Source: a virus (Duplodnaviria; Caudoviricetes). From it: DNA of 24,442 nucleotides. The stretch's first letter is position 1; every line of letters begins with the position of its first letter. The stretch covers positions 1-24,442 of the IMG/VR virus record IMGVR_UViG_3300024051_000014; one strand, written 5' to 3'. A program made the translations under genes and the position numbers. A model generated the notes under the pieces. It was given only the letters and a program-made list of their open reading frames with translations, ran no database searches and had not been told where the DNA came from. This document shows positions 1-8,312 of this stretch, piece after piece.

Positions 1-1140
1 CATGCCGCTCAGATATTTTCGCAGGCCATCCCACGTCTTGGTCTGGGCGACCATTGACCCGGCGAATTTGCTGTCGAATATGCCGGTGATGGCGTTTCTG
101 ATCGAGACTGAATCCTTTTTGACGGTTTTCGTCATGCCATCATAGGCAAATGACACCTGATTTCCGGTAACAGAGGCGCGGATGCCGAATTCTTTCAGGC
201 GCTCGAACTCACCGGTCTGGGCGTCGGCGATCATTTCGACCGCGTCCATCAGGTTTTTCCCCATGCCCGCCGCCCCGTCACCGAGCGAGCGCATAGACCC
301 GTCGGTCGGGTCGATGCCATAGGCGCGCATCTTGATAAATGCCTCTGCCGCCTGATCGACGGCCGTACCGGTTTCAACCGCGAACCCCTCAACCCATTTC
401 AAAGAGGCCTTGGCCTTTTCGCTCGATTTTTCCATTACGGTCAGGGTGGTGGCGAAGCTCTCGAACTGCGCACCGGTGGTGAATACCCCCTTCGCCAGAC
501 CGACCGAGGCGGCGGTACCCAGCGCCACGGTTGCCAGAAGCGTGGCCTTGGCAGCGGTGCCGACACCCTCAAGCGTCCGCTTCAGGCGCTGATTTTCAGC
601 GGCAAATCCCTTGATGACACGAGCGGCCTCCCTCATGCGGCCCTTGACCAAGCGGGCGGTTTCAACCACCCGCTTGCTGACATTGCGCACAGCCAGATCA
701 GCACGGACGATTTCAAGGGTCAGGCGCTGACCGAAGGTTTCCCGCAAGGTCATCCCCGTGCGCCGCGCCTGCGGGGCGATCCGCCCGACCTCGGCCTTCA
801 GGCGGTCAGCGGCCCCTGTGGCGTGTGTCATGGTCGCCACCACAGGGCTGATGGCGGGGGCGAGGGATTTGACGGAATAGCTGACGCGGCTGAACCCCTC
901 GGCCAGCGCATAGGCATTGCGCGTGGCCGAAACGGTTGATGTGCCCGCCTGATCGAGCGCCGCCGCATAATCCTGCGCCGCATCGGCTCCGCCCGATTGG
1001 GCATCCGCCTGAGACTGGATGCCGGTGGCGGCCTGTTTCAGACCGCCCGTTAATTCCCTGATGCTGGCCCCGATCTGGCGGGCGGGGTTTGACGCCCCGT
1101 CAACAAGCGTCACCGTGGCTTTAAGGTTGTAATTTGCCAT
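1..1140 (-). CDS. Tail tape measure protein, N-terminal 380 codons (runs off the window)
   Basis: Absent from the ORF track because it has no stop in the window. ATG at 1140 gives MANYNLKATVTLVDGASNPARQIG...; Ala-rich helical sequence with tape-measure motif AFIKMRAYGIDPTDGSMRSLGDGAAGMGK...GEFERLKEFGI; directly downstream of the tail chaperone. Confidence 0.92.
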   Translation of the reverse strand, partial: MANYNLKATVTLVDGASNPARQIGASIRELTGGLKQAATGIQSQADAQSGGADAAQDYAAALDQAGTSTVSATRNAYALAEGFSRVSYSVKSLAPAISPVVATMTHATGAADRLKAEVGRIAPQARRTGMTLRETFGQRLTLEIVRADLAVRNVSKRVVETARLVKGRMREAARVIKGFAAENQRLKRTLEGVGTAAKATLLATVALGTAASVGLAKGVFTTGAQFESFATTLTVMEKSSEKAKASLKWVEGFAVETGTAVDQAAEAFIKMRAYGIDPTDGSMRSLGDGAAGMGKNLMDAVEMIADAQTGEFERLKEFGIRASVTGNQVSFAYDGMTKTVKKDSVSIRNAITGIFDSKFAGSMVAQTKTWDGLRKYLSGM

Positions 1141-1267
1141 GTATTGCTAACGCCTGATCGTGCCAAAACAAAAGGTCTTCGAGATCCATGTCCCACACCT
1201 CGGCCATACCGCCGAAGGTGTAGGCGACCTCACCTATGACGTCGGGCCAGTTTCCGGGGACTTTCCC
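1121..1267 (-). CDS. -1 frameshift extension of the tail assembly chaperone (gpT/gpE'-like)
   Basis: The -1 frame after G GGA AAG reads GKVPGNWPDVIGEVAYTFGGMAEVWDMDLEDLLFWHDQALAIHGKLQP*, which resembles the P2 gpE'-type pattern (..F....EV..M.L..L..W...A). It fills the gap up to the tape measure gene. Confidence 0.85.
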   Translation of the reverse strand, partial: GKVPGNWPDVIGEVAYTFGGMAEVWDMDLEDLLFWHDQALAIHGKLQP

Positions 1268-1542
1268 ATCCACGTTTTCAGCTGCTCGGACAGGGCCTGA
1301 TAGTCAGGCACAGCCAGCGCATCGATCACATTGACGCTGACATCCGCCAGCCGCGCGATCAGGCCCAGCGAACCGGCGACATCGCCGTCATATTTGTCAA
1401 ATACCCTGAGGTCGCCTGCCTTAGGGGCGCGCAGGGTCAGGACGGAATAGGTTTCCTCGCGCTCGGTATCACCGGAACGCAGGGTAATTGTCACCGGCTC
1501 AAGCAGGGTGCGGACAAAGGGTTCCATCACAGATTTGGCCAT
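1234..1542 (-). CDS. Tail assembly chaperone (Mu gp41/P2 gpE-like)
   Basis: 102 aa with LTLRAPKAGDLR...LIARLADV....IDALAVPDY pattern; lies between tube and tape measure. Confidence 0.88.
   Translation of the reverse strand: MAKSVMEPFVRTLLEPVTITLRSGDTEREETYSVLTLRAPKAGDLRVFDKYDGDVAGSLGLIARLADVSVNVIDALAVPDYQALSEQLKTWMGKSPETGPTS
1261..1267 (-). other. Programmed -1 ribosomal frameshift slippery site GGGAAAG
   Basis: Minus strand ATG GGA AAG gives G GGA AAG in X XXY YYZ phase, 8 codons before the chaperone stop; same heptamer as lambda G/T. Confidence 0.85.
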
Positions 1543-1898
1543 CAGATCATCTCCTCAGCAGGCGGGCCTTCGACAACAAGCGAAACCTTGCCATCTTCGA
1601 TTTTCGGGGGTTCGCCGGTGCGATAGGCGTCACGGATCACATAGGTCTGACCGGTGTCTGTGCGAAATTCGACGGTCGCCGCCAGCACGTCATAATCGCC
1701 CAGGCTGTCGCCCTCGCCGTAATTGACCTCGCATTCCAGCTTCGCGCCGATTTCCTTTTCGGTGTAGCGGCCGGTGCGGTGGCTGTCGGTGTTGGTGGTG
1801 CGTTCCATGCCTCCCGGCATCAGGGTCGCGTTGCCACGGGTATCGAGTTCGCGCCCGTTGAACCGGATGGTGGCGACCCCATAGAGTTTTTTGGTCAT
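1542..1898 (-). CDS. Tail tube protein (Mu gpM-like)
   Basis: 118 aa, GVATIRFNGREL...TLMPGGMERT...TVEFRTDTGQTYVIRDAY; immediately after the sheath; SD AAGAGG. Confidence 0.9.
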   Translation of the reverse strand: MTKKLYGVATIRFNGRELDTRGNATLMPGGMERTTNTDSHRTGRYTEKEIGAKLECEVNYGEGDSLGDYDVLAATVEFRTDTGQTYVIRDAYRTGEPPKIEDGKVSLVVEGPPAEEMI

Positions 1899-1910
1899 TT
1901 TCAGAGCCTC

Positions 1911-1926
1911 TTAAATCGCGCTTAAC
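1911..1926 (+). promoter_or_regulatory. Putative CtrA-type box TTAA-N7-TTAAC
   Basis: ttaa atcgcgc ttaac in the sheath-tube junction matches the alphaproteobacterial CtrA consensus; function unproven. Confidence 0.35.
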
Positions 1927-3379
1927 CGACCGGCTGGATCACAGCCGCGAAGCGCAGGAGCTGGTCGACGAAATCAGGCGGCAAGAGCGCATCAAGGCGG
2001 TCGCGGTCAGAGGCGTTGCGCTCAACCACCAGCGCCTTGATGAACGCATCCACGTTCTCGACGATGGCGGCCGCCTCCCACTGACGCGCAAGCGCGATCA
2101 ACTCGGCCGTCATGGTCGACGGGGTGACAATGGCCTGACCCAGACCATAGCGACCACCATCATTGCCGAGTTTGTGACGCGGATATTTGAGGGCGACCAT
2201 TGAACGGACGGAGGCCCGCACATAGTAGAGGCACAGGATGGCATTGAGCGCCCGCAGGCTGTCGTCCGCGATGCCGGTCGCCGTGGTCTTATAGGTCGTA
2301 ATCGGCTGCTCGATGCACAGATTACCCCCCTCATCAACGATGAATGTCGAGAGGCCATCGGCCAGCAGATATTCGCGCTCTTCACGCGTCAGGCGATCCG
2401 ATACCGCAGGCGGCACGATGCCGGGCAGGGTCAGATATGTCCACGGTCGCGCCGGGTCGATGGCACCGGCAGGCACCACGCGCGCGGCCAGTACCGCCGC
2501 CAGTTCATAGGCCGGTGACGGCAAGGCCTTGATGCCCCCAATAACAGATTGCGGGCTGTTGCGGCTTTCGCCAAGGGCCTCAAGTGCCGACAGGATGCCG
2601 GACAGGGCCGTATAGCTGATGCCGTCCAACTGGCGCATGGCACCGGCGCGGGACGCCAGTTCCTGCTCGATGACCGCCAGATTGGCAGCACCGGTATAAG
2701 GATGCACGAACGCGTCATAGCGCGCATCGCCGATGGCGGCGAACACGCTGGCCAGATCGGGGTCACCGGCTCCGGCCGTACCGGCATCGATGTCCACCGT
2801 CAGGCCCTGAGGCGTGCGATCCTCATCGTAATAGTTGAGGCGGACATCCAGCCCGTTACCGATCAGGCCCTTGTGTTTGGCCGTCAGGGTTACGACCGCA
2901 TCTTCAGCCGCCGCCGCCATCGGCAATTCGGCATTGGCTGTCACGGCGGCGGCGATGGCCGTGGCAATGGCCGTTGGCGTTTGACCCGACTGGATGGCCA
3001 CCGGCACAGGCTGACCGGCAATCATCAGGGCCAGCGTACCGGCCTCGGTCGGCGCATCACTCAGGGTCAGGGTTTGCGTGGCAGCGGTGGCCCCCGTGGC
3101 GTCATCGAGTGCGATGGCCGACAGTTCGACTGTGCGGTCGGTATTTAGCCAGGCACGGCACATGCGCGCCAGTTGCGACCCGCGACCGAACAGGACGGCG
3201 GCCTCATCCGGCGATGTCACCCGCTTGACCGTCAGGGTTTCGGCGGCGCCGGAGGCCAGTTGCTGGCCGATCAGCAGGGCCTTGACGCGCGCATTTGACC
3301 GCCCCGACTTGGAGGTATCAAATTCGGCATGGGCACCGGGCGTCAGATACATGGGGATTTGCGAAAAACTGATCGTCAC
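1922..3379 (-). CDS. Tail sheath protein (Mu gpL-like)
   Basis: Probable start GTG at 3379 (MTISFSQIP...) with AAGGA upstream; motifs PG.HAEFD, FGRGSQLARM, DPARP, KYPRHKL, VERNASDRDRLD are typical of Mu-type sheaths. Confidence 0.95.
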   Translation of the reverse strand: MTISFSQIPMYLTPGAHAEFDTSKSGRSNARVKALLIGQQLASGAAETLTVKRVTSPDEAAVLFGRGSQLARMCRAWLNTDRTVELSAIALDDATGATAATQTLTLSDAPTEAGTLALMIAGQPVPVAIQSGQTPTAIATAIAAAVTANAELPMAAAAEDAVVTLTAKHKGLIGNGLDVRLNYYDEDRTPQGLTVDIDAGTAGAGDPDLASVFAAIGDARYDAFVHPYTGAANLAVIEQELASRAGAMRQLDGISYTALSGILSALEALGESRNSPQSVIGGIKALPSPAYELAAVLAARVVPAGAIDPARPWTYLTLPGIVPPAVSDRLTREEREYLLADGLSTFIVDEGGNLCIEQPITTYKTTATGIADDSLRALNAILCLYYVRASVRSMVALKYPRHKLGNDGGRYGLGQAIVTPSTMTAELIALARQWEAAAIVENVDAFIKALVVERNASDRDRLDALLPPDFVDQLLRFAAVIQPVG

Positions 3380-3380
3380 G

Positions 3381-3596
3381 TCAGGTGTCCTTTTTCTGTA
3401 CGGCGGGGGCGGCAGCGGCCTTCTGGGCCTTCTGGCGGGCGGCGGTGTCATCGACCACGTCCCCGTCCCTCAGGCGGCGCGTCCAGTAGATGGACGGCCT
3501 GACCCAATCGCCCGCCGCAGGCAGGTATGCGCCGCCATGATCGGCCGACCGGACTTTGCCAGTGGCCGAGGCGGGTTTGAGGTAAATCTTGTCCAC
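3381..3596 (-). CDS. Mu gp38-like protein (DUF2635)
   Basis: 71 aa with YWTRRLRDGDVV motif; directly upstream of the sheath. Confidence 0.88.
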   Translation of the reverse strand: MDKIYLKPASATGKVRSADHGGAYLPAAGDWVRPSIYWTRRLRDGDVVDDTAARQKAQKAAAAPAVQKKDT

Positions 3597-3607
3597 GTTA
3601 TGGTCTC

Positions 3608-4207
3608 CTAATCGGCGGTGGGCAGGGTGATGATGTCGTGTGCCAGGGCCTGACTATCAGGGCTTTCCCAGCGCACATCGAACGTGCGGAAATCATTGAG
3701 ATCGTCGTCGCCGGTGGCGGTCGGGGCGATCTGAAACTGAGTGGTGAACTGCACGGCCAGCATCGACCATTTGCGCTCGATGATCGCCGCCGACGGGCGC
3801 ACGAACTGGCACGACCCCAGCTCCAGCCCCGTGATGGACAGCCCCAGATCGTGATCGAGCAACAGGCCGCAGGCATCCAGCACCATCTGATAGGAACCGA
3901 CCTCGGTACCCGTCGCCGTGGCCTGACCGTGACGGGTGGCCACCTCATTGCGATGGTTCATCGCCGCGACCACCAGCCCGAACGAGCCGCGCACACGGGT
4001 ACCGCTGCGCGATTTATCGACCGACGACCAGCCGCCAAACGTCACCCATGCCGCAGGGCAGTTGATCTGCGCCTCTTTGAGGTACATATCCCAGTCGGTC
4101 GGATAGCTGCCGAGATGCCGATAGGCATAGCCCAGCACACCGGCGTCACTGGCGGCCCTCAGGCGGGCGATGATGCCGTTTTCAATCGCGGCGATCATGC
4201 GTCCCAT
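3608..4207 (-). CDS. Mu gp37/gpK-like tail terminator (DUF1834)
   Basis: MIAAIENGIIARL...PAAWVTFGG...RHG...EVGSYQMV; position before gp38 and sheath. Confidence 0.85.
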   Translation of the reverse strand: MGRMIAAIENGIIARLRAASDAGVLGYAYRHLGSYPTDWDMYLKEAQINCPAAWVTFGGWSSVDKSRSGTRVRGSFGLVVAAMNHRNEVATRHGQATATGTEVGSYQMVLDACGLLLDHDLGLSITGLELGSCQFVRPSAAIIERKWSMLAVQFTTQFQIAPTATGDDDLNDFRTFDVRWESPDSQALAHDIITLPTAD

Positions 4208-4695
4208 CCGTCAAAAAAATGCCCGCCGATCAGGTCGCCGATTTTGGCGATGTCATCATCATTGATGCCGACCATAGGCCGCGCCGGAATGGTCACCTCA
4301 AGAGCCGAGCGGAAGCCCAGACCCGGAATGACAAAGGCCAGACGCTTGGCCGTCTTGGGCCGGATGGTCGCGCCAAACTGATGCGTCGGGGCATAGATCA
4401 GGTTCGTGCCCCAGACGGCATCCGTGACGGTCGCCTCAGACGAATAGGAGTCGCGCAGGTGGCCGCGATCCACGAGGGTCTGACCGCCCGTCGTGGCGGC
4501 GCGGCGGGACGGTTGCCACGGCGCGCCGTCCGGCCCCACCTGATCCTCAAAACGCTGCTTTGTGCTGACCTCGCCATAGCGGGCGACATCAGTCATCAGC
4601 GCCTGCGTGTCAGCACCGGCGGCGATCAGACCGAGCATGGCCCCGTGCAGCGCAGGCAGGTCGTTGAGGTCGATATCCAGACGCACACCGGTCAT
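4195..4695 (-). CDS. Virion morphogenesis / tail completion protein (Mu gpG-like)
   Basis: RFEDQVGPDGAPWQPS, TLVDRGHLRDS, GTNLIYAPTHQFG and IPARPMVGI motifs. Confidence 0.92.
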   Translation of the reverse strand: MTGVRLDIDLNDLPALHGAMLGLIAAGADTQALMTDVARYGEVSTKQRFEDQVGPDGAPWQPSRRAATTGGQTLVDRGHLRDSYSSEATVTDAVWGTNLIYAPTHQFGATIRPKTAKRLAFVIPGLGFRSALEVTIPARPMVGINDDDIAKIGDLIGGHFFDGWDA

Positions 4696-5108
4696 CAGTA
4701 GCCCCTCATGCGGTCACGGCTGAACAGGCGGTCGGGCGTCGAAAACTGGACGGAGGCGGACTGGGTAGCGGTGGCTCCATCATCACCGGTCAGGGTGGCG
4801 GTGCCCTCAGCCACCATTTTGAGCCAATCCATGACCTCTTGGTAACGCGCCGCCACCTGTTCAGGGGCGCTCGTTTTATAGAGGCGATAGCGGGCGATAT
4901 CACAGGCCGCATCGGTCAGTACCGACGGCACTGGCGCAAACGGCCCCGGATAGCGCTTGGAAATATAGGCGTTAATCTTGCCGGTCGCCTCAGTGAGGAC
5001 GGTCGCCAGCTTCGCCTCATCGATGACGCCATTAAGCGCTTCGTCCGTCAGCTGTATCAGCTCGGCCGTTTCAAAGCGCGCGGTCATGTCAGTGAGGGTG
5101 GCGTACAA
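4695..5108 (-). CDS. Head-tail adaptor, Mu gp36/gpJ-like (DUF1320)
   Basis: Probable TTG start at 5108 with AGGA 8 nt upstream: MYATLTDMTARF..ELIQLTD...ACDIARYRLY...RYQEVMDWLKMVAEG...FSRDRMRGY (137 aa). The longer ORF-track call overlaps another gene. Confidence 0.9.
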   Translation of the reverse strand: MYATLTDMTARFETAELIQLTDEALNGVIDEAKLATVLTEATGKINAYISKRYPGPFAPVPSVLTDAACDIARYRLYKTSAPEQVAARYQEVMDWLKMVAEGTATLTGDDGATATQSASVQFSTPDRLFSRDRMRGY

Positions 5109-5120
5109 GAGGGATGTCCT

Positions 5121-5159
5121 AAAAAAAGGCGGGGCGGCGGAATTGGCAGTCGCCGCCCC
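5121..5159 (-). terminator. Rho-independent terminator after the capsid/gp35 genes
   Basis: Minus strand GGGGCGGCG-11 nt-CGCCGCCCC-GCC-TTTTTTT. Confidence 0.8.
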
Positions 5160-5187
5160 AGTTACAGGATCAGGATAGGCGGAACGC

Positions 5188-5748
5188 TTACTTACCCTTG
5201 GCTGGTCGGGCCTTGGGCTGGGGAGCCGGAGGCGGTGTATCCGCCTCCGGTTCAATGGCCGGAACATCAGTCTCCGGCGCTGGTGCGTCATCACCGTCGG
5301 ACTTAGTGTCATCAGGTGTATGGCTTTCAGACGCGGGCATAATGACCCCTTCAGGCGAGGTTTCGGTCGGGGCCGGCGCACCTTCTGCGGCGGCCTCCGC
5401 GATGGGCTGAGTTTCTTCAAACACCTCGCTCGCTGGGGGTATATCGGGTTGATCGGCTTCAAACGCAGTAACGATTGCCCGCATCTGTACCTCACTGAAT
5501 GGCCCAGCCTCGATGTAAAGCTGCTGGGGCATGGCAGCCTCGATGTCATCGACTGACGGCGGCGGCCCCCACTCTTCGCCATTAAAAACCTGCCACGTCA
5601 GGACGGGGTCTTTAGCGATGACCAGGACGCGCTGCAGACCACCCGGACTGCACACCAGTTCGACCTCCTGCCACTGACGGGCAGCGGCAAAGACCAGACC
5701 GGCGCGGCGGTAAGGGACGCGGAGCGACTTGACGCGGATTTTAATCAT
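5188..5748 (-). CDS. Mu gp35/HI1506-like protein with acidic Pro-rich tail
   Basis: MIKIRVKSLRVPYRRAGLVF...DPVLT N-terminal motif, directly after the capsid gene; start is ATG 5748 or GTG 5754. Confidence 0.7.
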   Translation of the reverse strand: MIKIRVKSLRVPYRRAGLVFAAARQWQEVELVCSPGGLQRVLVIAKDPVLTWQVFNGEEWGPPPSVDDIEAAMPQQLYIEAGPFSEVQMRAIVTAFEADQPDIPPASEVFEETQPIAEAAAEGAPAPTETSPEGVIMPASESHTPDDTKSDGDDAPAPETDVPAIEPEADTPPPAPQPKARPAKGK

Positions 5749-5764
5749 GTCCACGGCGCGCCTC

Positions 5765-6679
5765 TTACGCCAGCTTCGGCGCAACGATGATTTTCACATC
5801 GTTGTAAAGCGTATTGCTATCGCCGCCGTTGACCAGTTGGGTTTCAAACAGGGCTTTGGCTGCGGCTTCGTTGGAGTTGCCAACGACAATATGCGTCGGG
5901 CGGATGGCCAGCGGTTCGCCCTGCTCGTCCTTCAGGCCCGTCATGGCCGCCTTGGCGGCTTCATAATTGGCCCGGTTGAGCGTGTTGGTCGAACGGTGCG
6001 CGAGTTGCGGCATGGTATAGCCACCGGCACCGCGCGCCTTACCGTGCAACGGCACCTTACCGTTATTCATTTCGATGACATCACGGTTAGTGCCCATCCA
6101 GAACGTCGGTGCCTGACGGTTCTGCAACAGGATTGGCTTCAGCGGCTGCGTCAGGTCGACCAGGAACCACGGGTCGACAGTCCCCGCCCCCGACGACATA
6201 TTGGAATAGATGCTTTCAACCAGCTTACCGTCACCGTCACGATAGTCATAAGGGTGATCGGTATCGAAGAAGTTCTGGCCGTCATAGCATTCGCGCAGGT
6301 GTCCATCGCGCAAAGCCGCAAAGATCAGATCATCAGGCAATTCGCCCGCCGACTTACCCCAGCTTTCGATCAGGGCGTTATAAGAGCCGAGATTATCATC
6401 CGACCAGTCGTCTTCGTCGATCTCGACTTCGCCGGTGAACTTATCGTTGGCCAGATGGTAAACTTTTTCAGCTACGGCCTGATAGCGGCGCTCACCCATC
6501 CATTTGCGGAGCTTGGGGAAGCGGCCAAACCAGCCATACTTGTTAGAACCTGAGGTGGATGGCACCGGTGTAGCCAGTTGCGCCCCCACCAACAGGGCAG
6601 ATTTCAGACCCTTGGTGAACAGGGCCGAGTAGGTAACGCGCTGTGCATCCAGCGAGGCTTGGGTCATTACGCCGTTCAT
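5765..6679 (-). CDS. Major capsid protein (Mu gpT-like)
   Basis: Start ATG 6679 with GAAGGA; VPSTSGSNKYGWFGRFPKLRKWMGER, CYDGQNFFDTDHP, WFLVDLTQPLKPILLQNR motifs. Confidence 0.96.
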   Translation of the reverse strand: MNGVMTQASLDAQRVTYSALFTKGLKSALLVGAQLATPVPSTSGSNKYGWFGRFPKLRKWMGERRYQAVAEKVYHLANDKFTGEVEIDEDDWSDDNLGSYNALIESWGKSAGELPDDLIFAALRDGHLRECYDGQNFFDTDHPYDYRDGDGKLVESIYSNMSSGAGTVDPWFLVDLTQPLKPILLQNRQAPTFWMGTNRDVIEMNNGKVPLHGKARGAGGYTMPQLAHRSTNTLNRANYEAAKAAMTGLKDEQGEPLAIRPTHIVVGNSNEAAAKALFETQLVNGGDSNTLYNDVKIIVAPKLA

Positions 6680-6701
6680 TGAGACTGTCCTTCGTTCGGG
6701 G

Positions 6702-7154
6702 TTAGGCGTCGTGGCCGGGAGCGATCCACACACCGGCAGGGGTCACATCCTTGATGCGGCCAGCCTTGGGACGGGTGTTGGTGGCGTGGGTCTTGCCGAC
6801 CGTCTCGTCATCGATGACATAACAGTCGTTTTCGATATCAGCGGCGGTGATGGCATCGCCGGACGTACCGTTGCGCAGCAGGTACCAGCCCTCATGCTCA
6901 ATCTCGGCAATCACATCACCATTGGCGACGCCACCTTCGGCACTATGTTTGAAGATACCCACCACACGGCAGGTGGCGGCATCAGCGGCCTGAGCGGCCA
7001 TATCCGCCCCTTGTCCGGGGCGGGCGGCGCGGGCGAACCCTGAGGCCAGCATAGCCAGACCGCCCTGCCAGACCTTAACACCGGCAGCCAGCCCGACCTG
7101 GCGGGCCTTACCGTTACGGCGCTCCAGCGCCTTATTGGGGCCAGTCAGCGCCAT
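6702..7154 (-). CDS. Probable capsid decoration/cement protein
   Basis: 150 aa beta-rich (DAITAADIENDCYVIDDETV...RPKAGRIKDV...GVWI) between protease/scaffold and capsid, as in many Mu-like phages. Confidence 0.7.
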   Translation of the reverse strand: MALTGPNKALERRNGKARQVGLAAGVKVWQGGLAMLASGFARAARPGQGADMAAQAADAATCRVVGIFKHSAEGGVANGDVIAEIEHEGWYLLRNGTSGDAITAADIENDCYVIDDETVGKTHATNTRPKAGRIKDVTPAGVWIAPGHDA

Positions 7155-7702
7155 TATTTCGGTTCCTTCTCAAGGGCATCGCGCGCGGCGATGAATTCTT
7201 CTTCGGTCAGACCGGCACTGGCGGCAGCGGCCACCTCAACCTCAGTCAGACCATTGGCATTTTTCGCAGGCGCGTCGCCATCGAGGACGGCACCGGCAGA
7301 CACGACAACCTCTTTCTTGCCGACGAAAGAATTGAAGCGGTCAGGCTGGTGGCGGGCGAAGTCGAGCATTTCCCCACGCTGCGCAGGCGTAAACTTGCCT
7401 GCGGCGATGGCGGCATCGACCGACGCGGCGATATCCTTTTCGGCCAGATCGTCGACCTTCTTCTGAAGCGCATCATAGGCAGCGGCGGGGACGATAATCT
7501 CTCCCGCCTTCGCGACTTTCCTGTCCTTCAGGGTGGCCGAGGCCGTAACGATCTGTTCTTCGGTGGCCGTCTCATTCAGGCCGAGGGCGCTAACAGACGC
7601 TTTCAGGCGCGTCGTCAGTGAGGTAGCAGCCGCGACGACCTGTTCCTCGGTCGGGCTTTCACCCGTGAGGCCCAGCGCCGCCGCAATAGCGGTCAGTTTC
7701 AT
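7154..7702 (-). CDS. In-frame internal scaffold protein (Mu gpZ-like)
   Basis: AAGGA-7 nt-ATG (MKLTAIAAALGL...) right after the protease domain; Mu makes gpZ from an internal start in gene I. Confidence 0.7.
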   Translation of the reverse strand: MKLTAIAAALGLTGESPTEEQVVAAATSLTTRLKASVSALGLNETATEEQIVTASATLKDRKVAKAGEIIVPAAAYDALQKKVDDLAEKDIAASVDAAIAAGKFTPAQRGEMLDFARHQPDRFNSFVGKKEVVVSAGAVLDGDAPAKNANGLTEVEVAAAASAGLTEEEFIAARDALEKEPK

Positions 7703-8215
7703 GGGGGAGTCCTTGGTTTGCTGGCTGGCCGCAATGGCGGGCAGTCCGTCGATTGCAGGATTGTTGGTCAGGGCCGCATTGATCAGCCGTGTAACCAGTC
7801 CCGATTTTTCTTCCGCCCTGAACAGCGGGGAAATGTAACGATATTCACGGGCCAGAAGTCGCGCCGTTGCCGGAACCGTCCAGTCAACATCCGCCTTCAC
7901 ACCCTCATCATCAGCAAAGAGGCGGGTGACCCAGCCCGAAGCCGGACTCTCCTCACCCTTGGGGGCTTTGAAAAGGAGGCTATGCTCATAATCAAAGTGC
8001 AATTGCTGTTGACCAGCCAACTTCAGGCTGGCGGTAACAATCGCCTCGGCATGCGCACGATCCTTAACCGTGTACGGCCCGCGACCGTCGCGCAAAGTAA
8101 ATGTGCCGATCGGCAGAAGCAGAATGGTCTTTTTAACGCGGCCTTCGCCGTCCAGCACGTCAATCGCGCTGGCAAAAACATCTACTTCATGATTGCCCCC
8201 CTTGGCGGATGACAT
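7154..8215 (-). CDS. Prohead protease/scaffold (Mu gpI-like)
   Basis: Probable start ATG 8215 (GAGG SD); LLPIG.F..RDGRGP, FDYEH, PASGWV, REYRYISP, ALTNNPAI motifs. Confidence 0.93.
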   Translation of the reverse strand: MSSAKGGNHEVDVFASAIDVLDGEGRVKKTILLLPIGTFTLRDGRGPYTVKDRAHAEAIVTASLKLAGQQQLHFDYEHSLLFKAPKGEESPASGWVTRLFADDEGVKADVDWTVPATARLLAREYRYISPLFRAEEKSGLVTRLINAALTNNPAIDGLPAIAASQQTKDSPMKLTAIAAALGLTGESPTEEQVVAAATSLTTRLKASVSALGLNETATEEQIVTASATLKDRKVAKAGEIIVPAAAYDALQKKVDDLAEKDIAASVDAAIAAGKFTPAQRGEMLDFARHQPDRFNSFVGKKEVVVSAGAVLDGDAPAKNANGLTEVEVAAAASAGLTEEEFIAARDALEKEPK

Positions 8216-8265
8216 CTGAACCTCAAACGGATCAGGGGCCACGGCGGCCCCGACTTGTGAGGCTC

Positions 8266-8312
8266 AGATTAGAGAGGGGAGCGGGGACGCATCAGGGTGA
8301 AATATTTCACCC
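8266..8312 (-). promoter_or_regulatory. Late promoter (P-I-like): activator dyad plus -10
   Basis: Perfect 18-bp palindrome GGGTGAAATATTTCACCC (8295-8312), 23 nt spacer, TAATCT (8271-8266), upstream of gene I. Confidence 0.75.

Noticed and set aside
5109-5582. N-terminal extension of the gp36 ORF (295-aa call)
   Set aside because: Overlaps the gp35-like gene in another frame and runs through a terminator; the family pattern starts at the TTG at 5108.
8295-8312. The 18-bp palindromes as terminators of MuF and the activator gene
   Set aside because: No spacer loop or U-tract; identical sequence and fixed spacing to a -10 fit a protein-binding site better.
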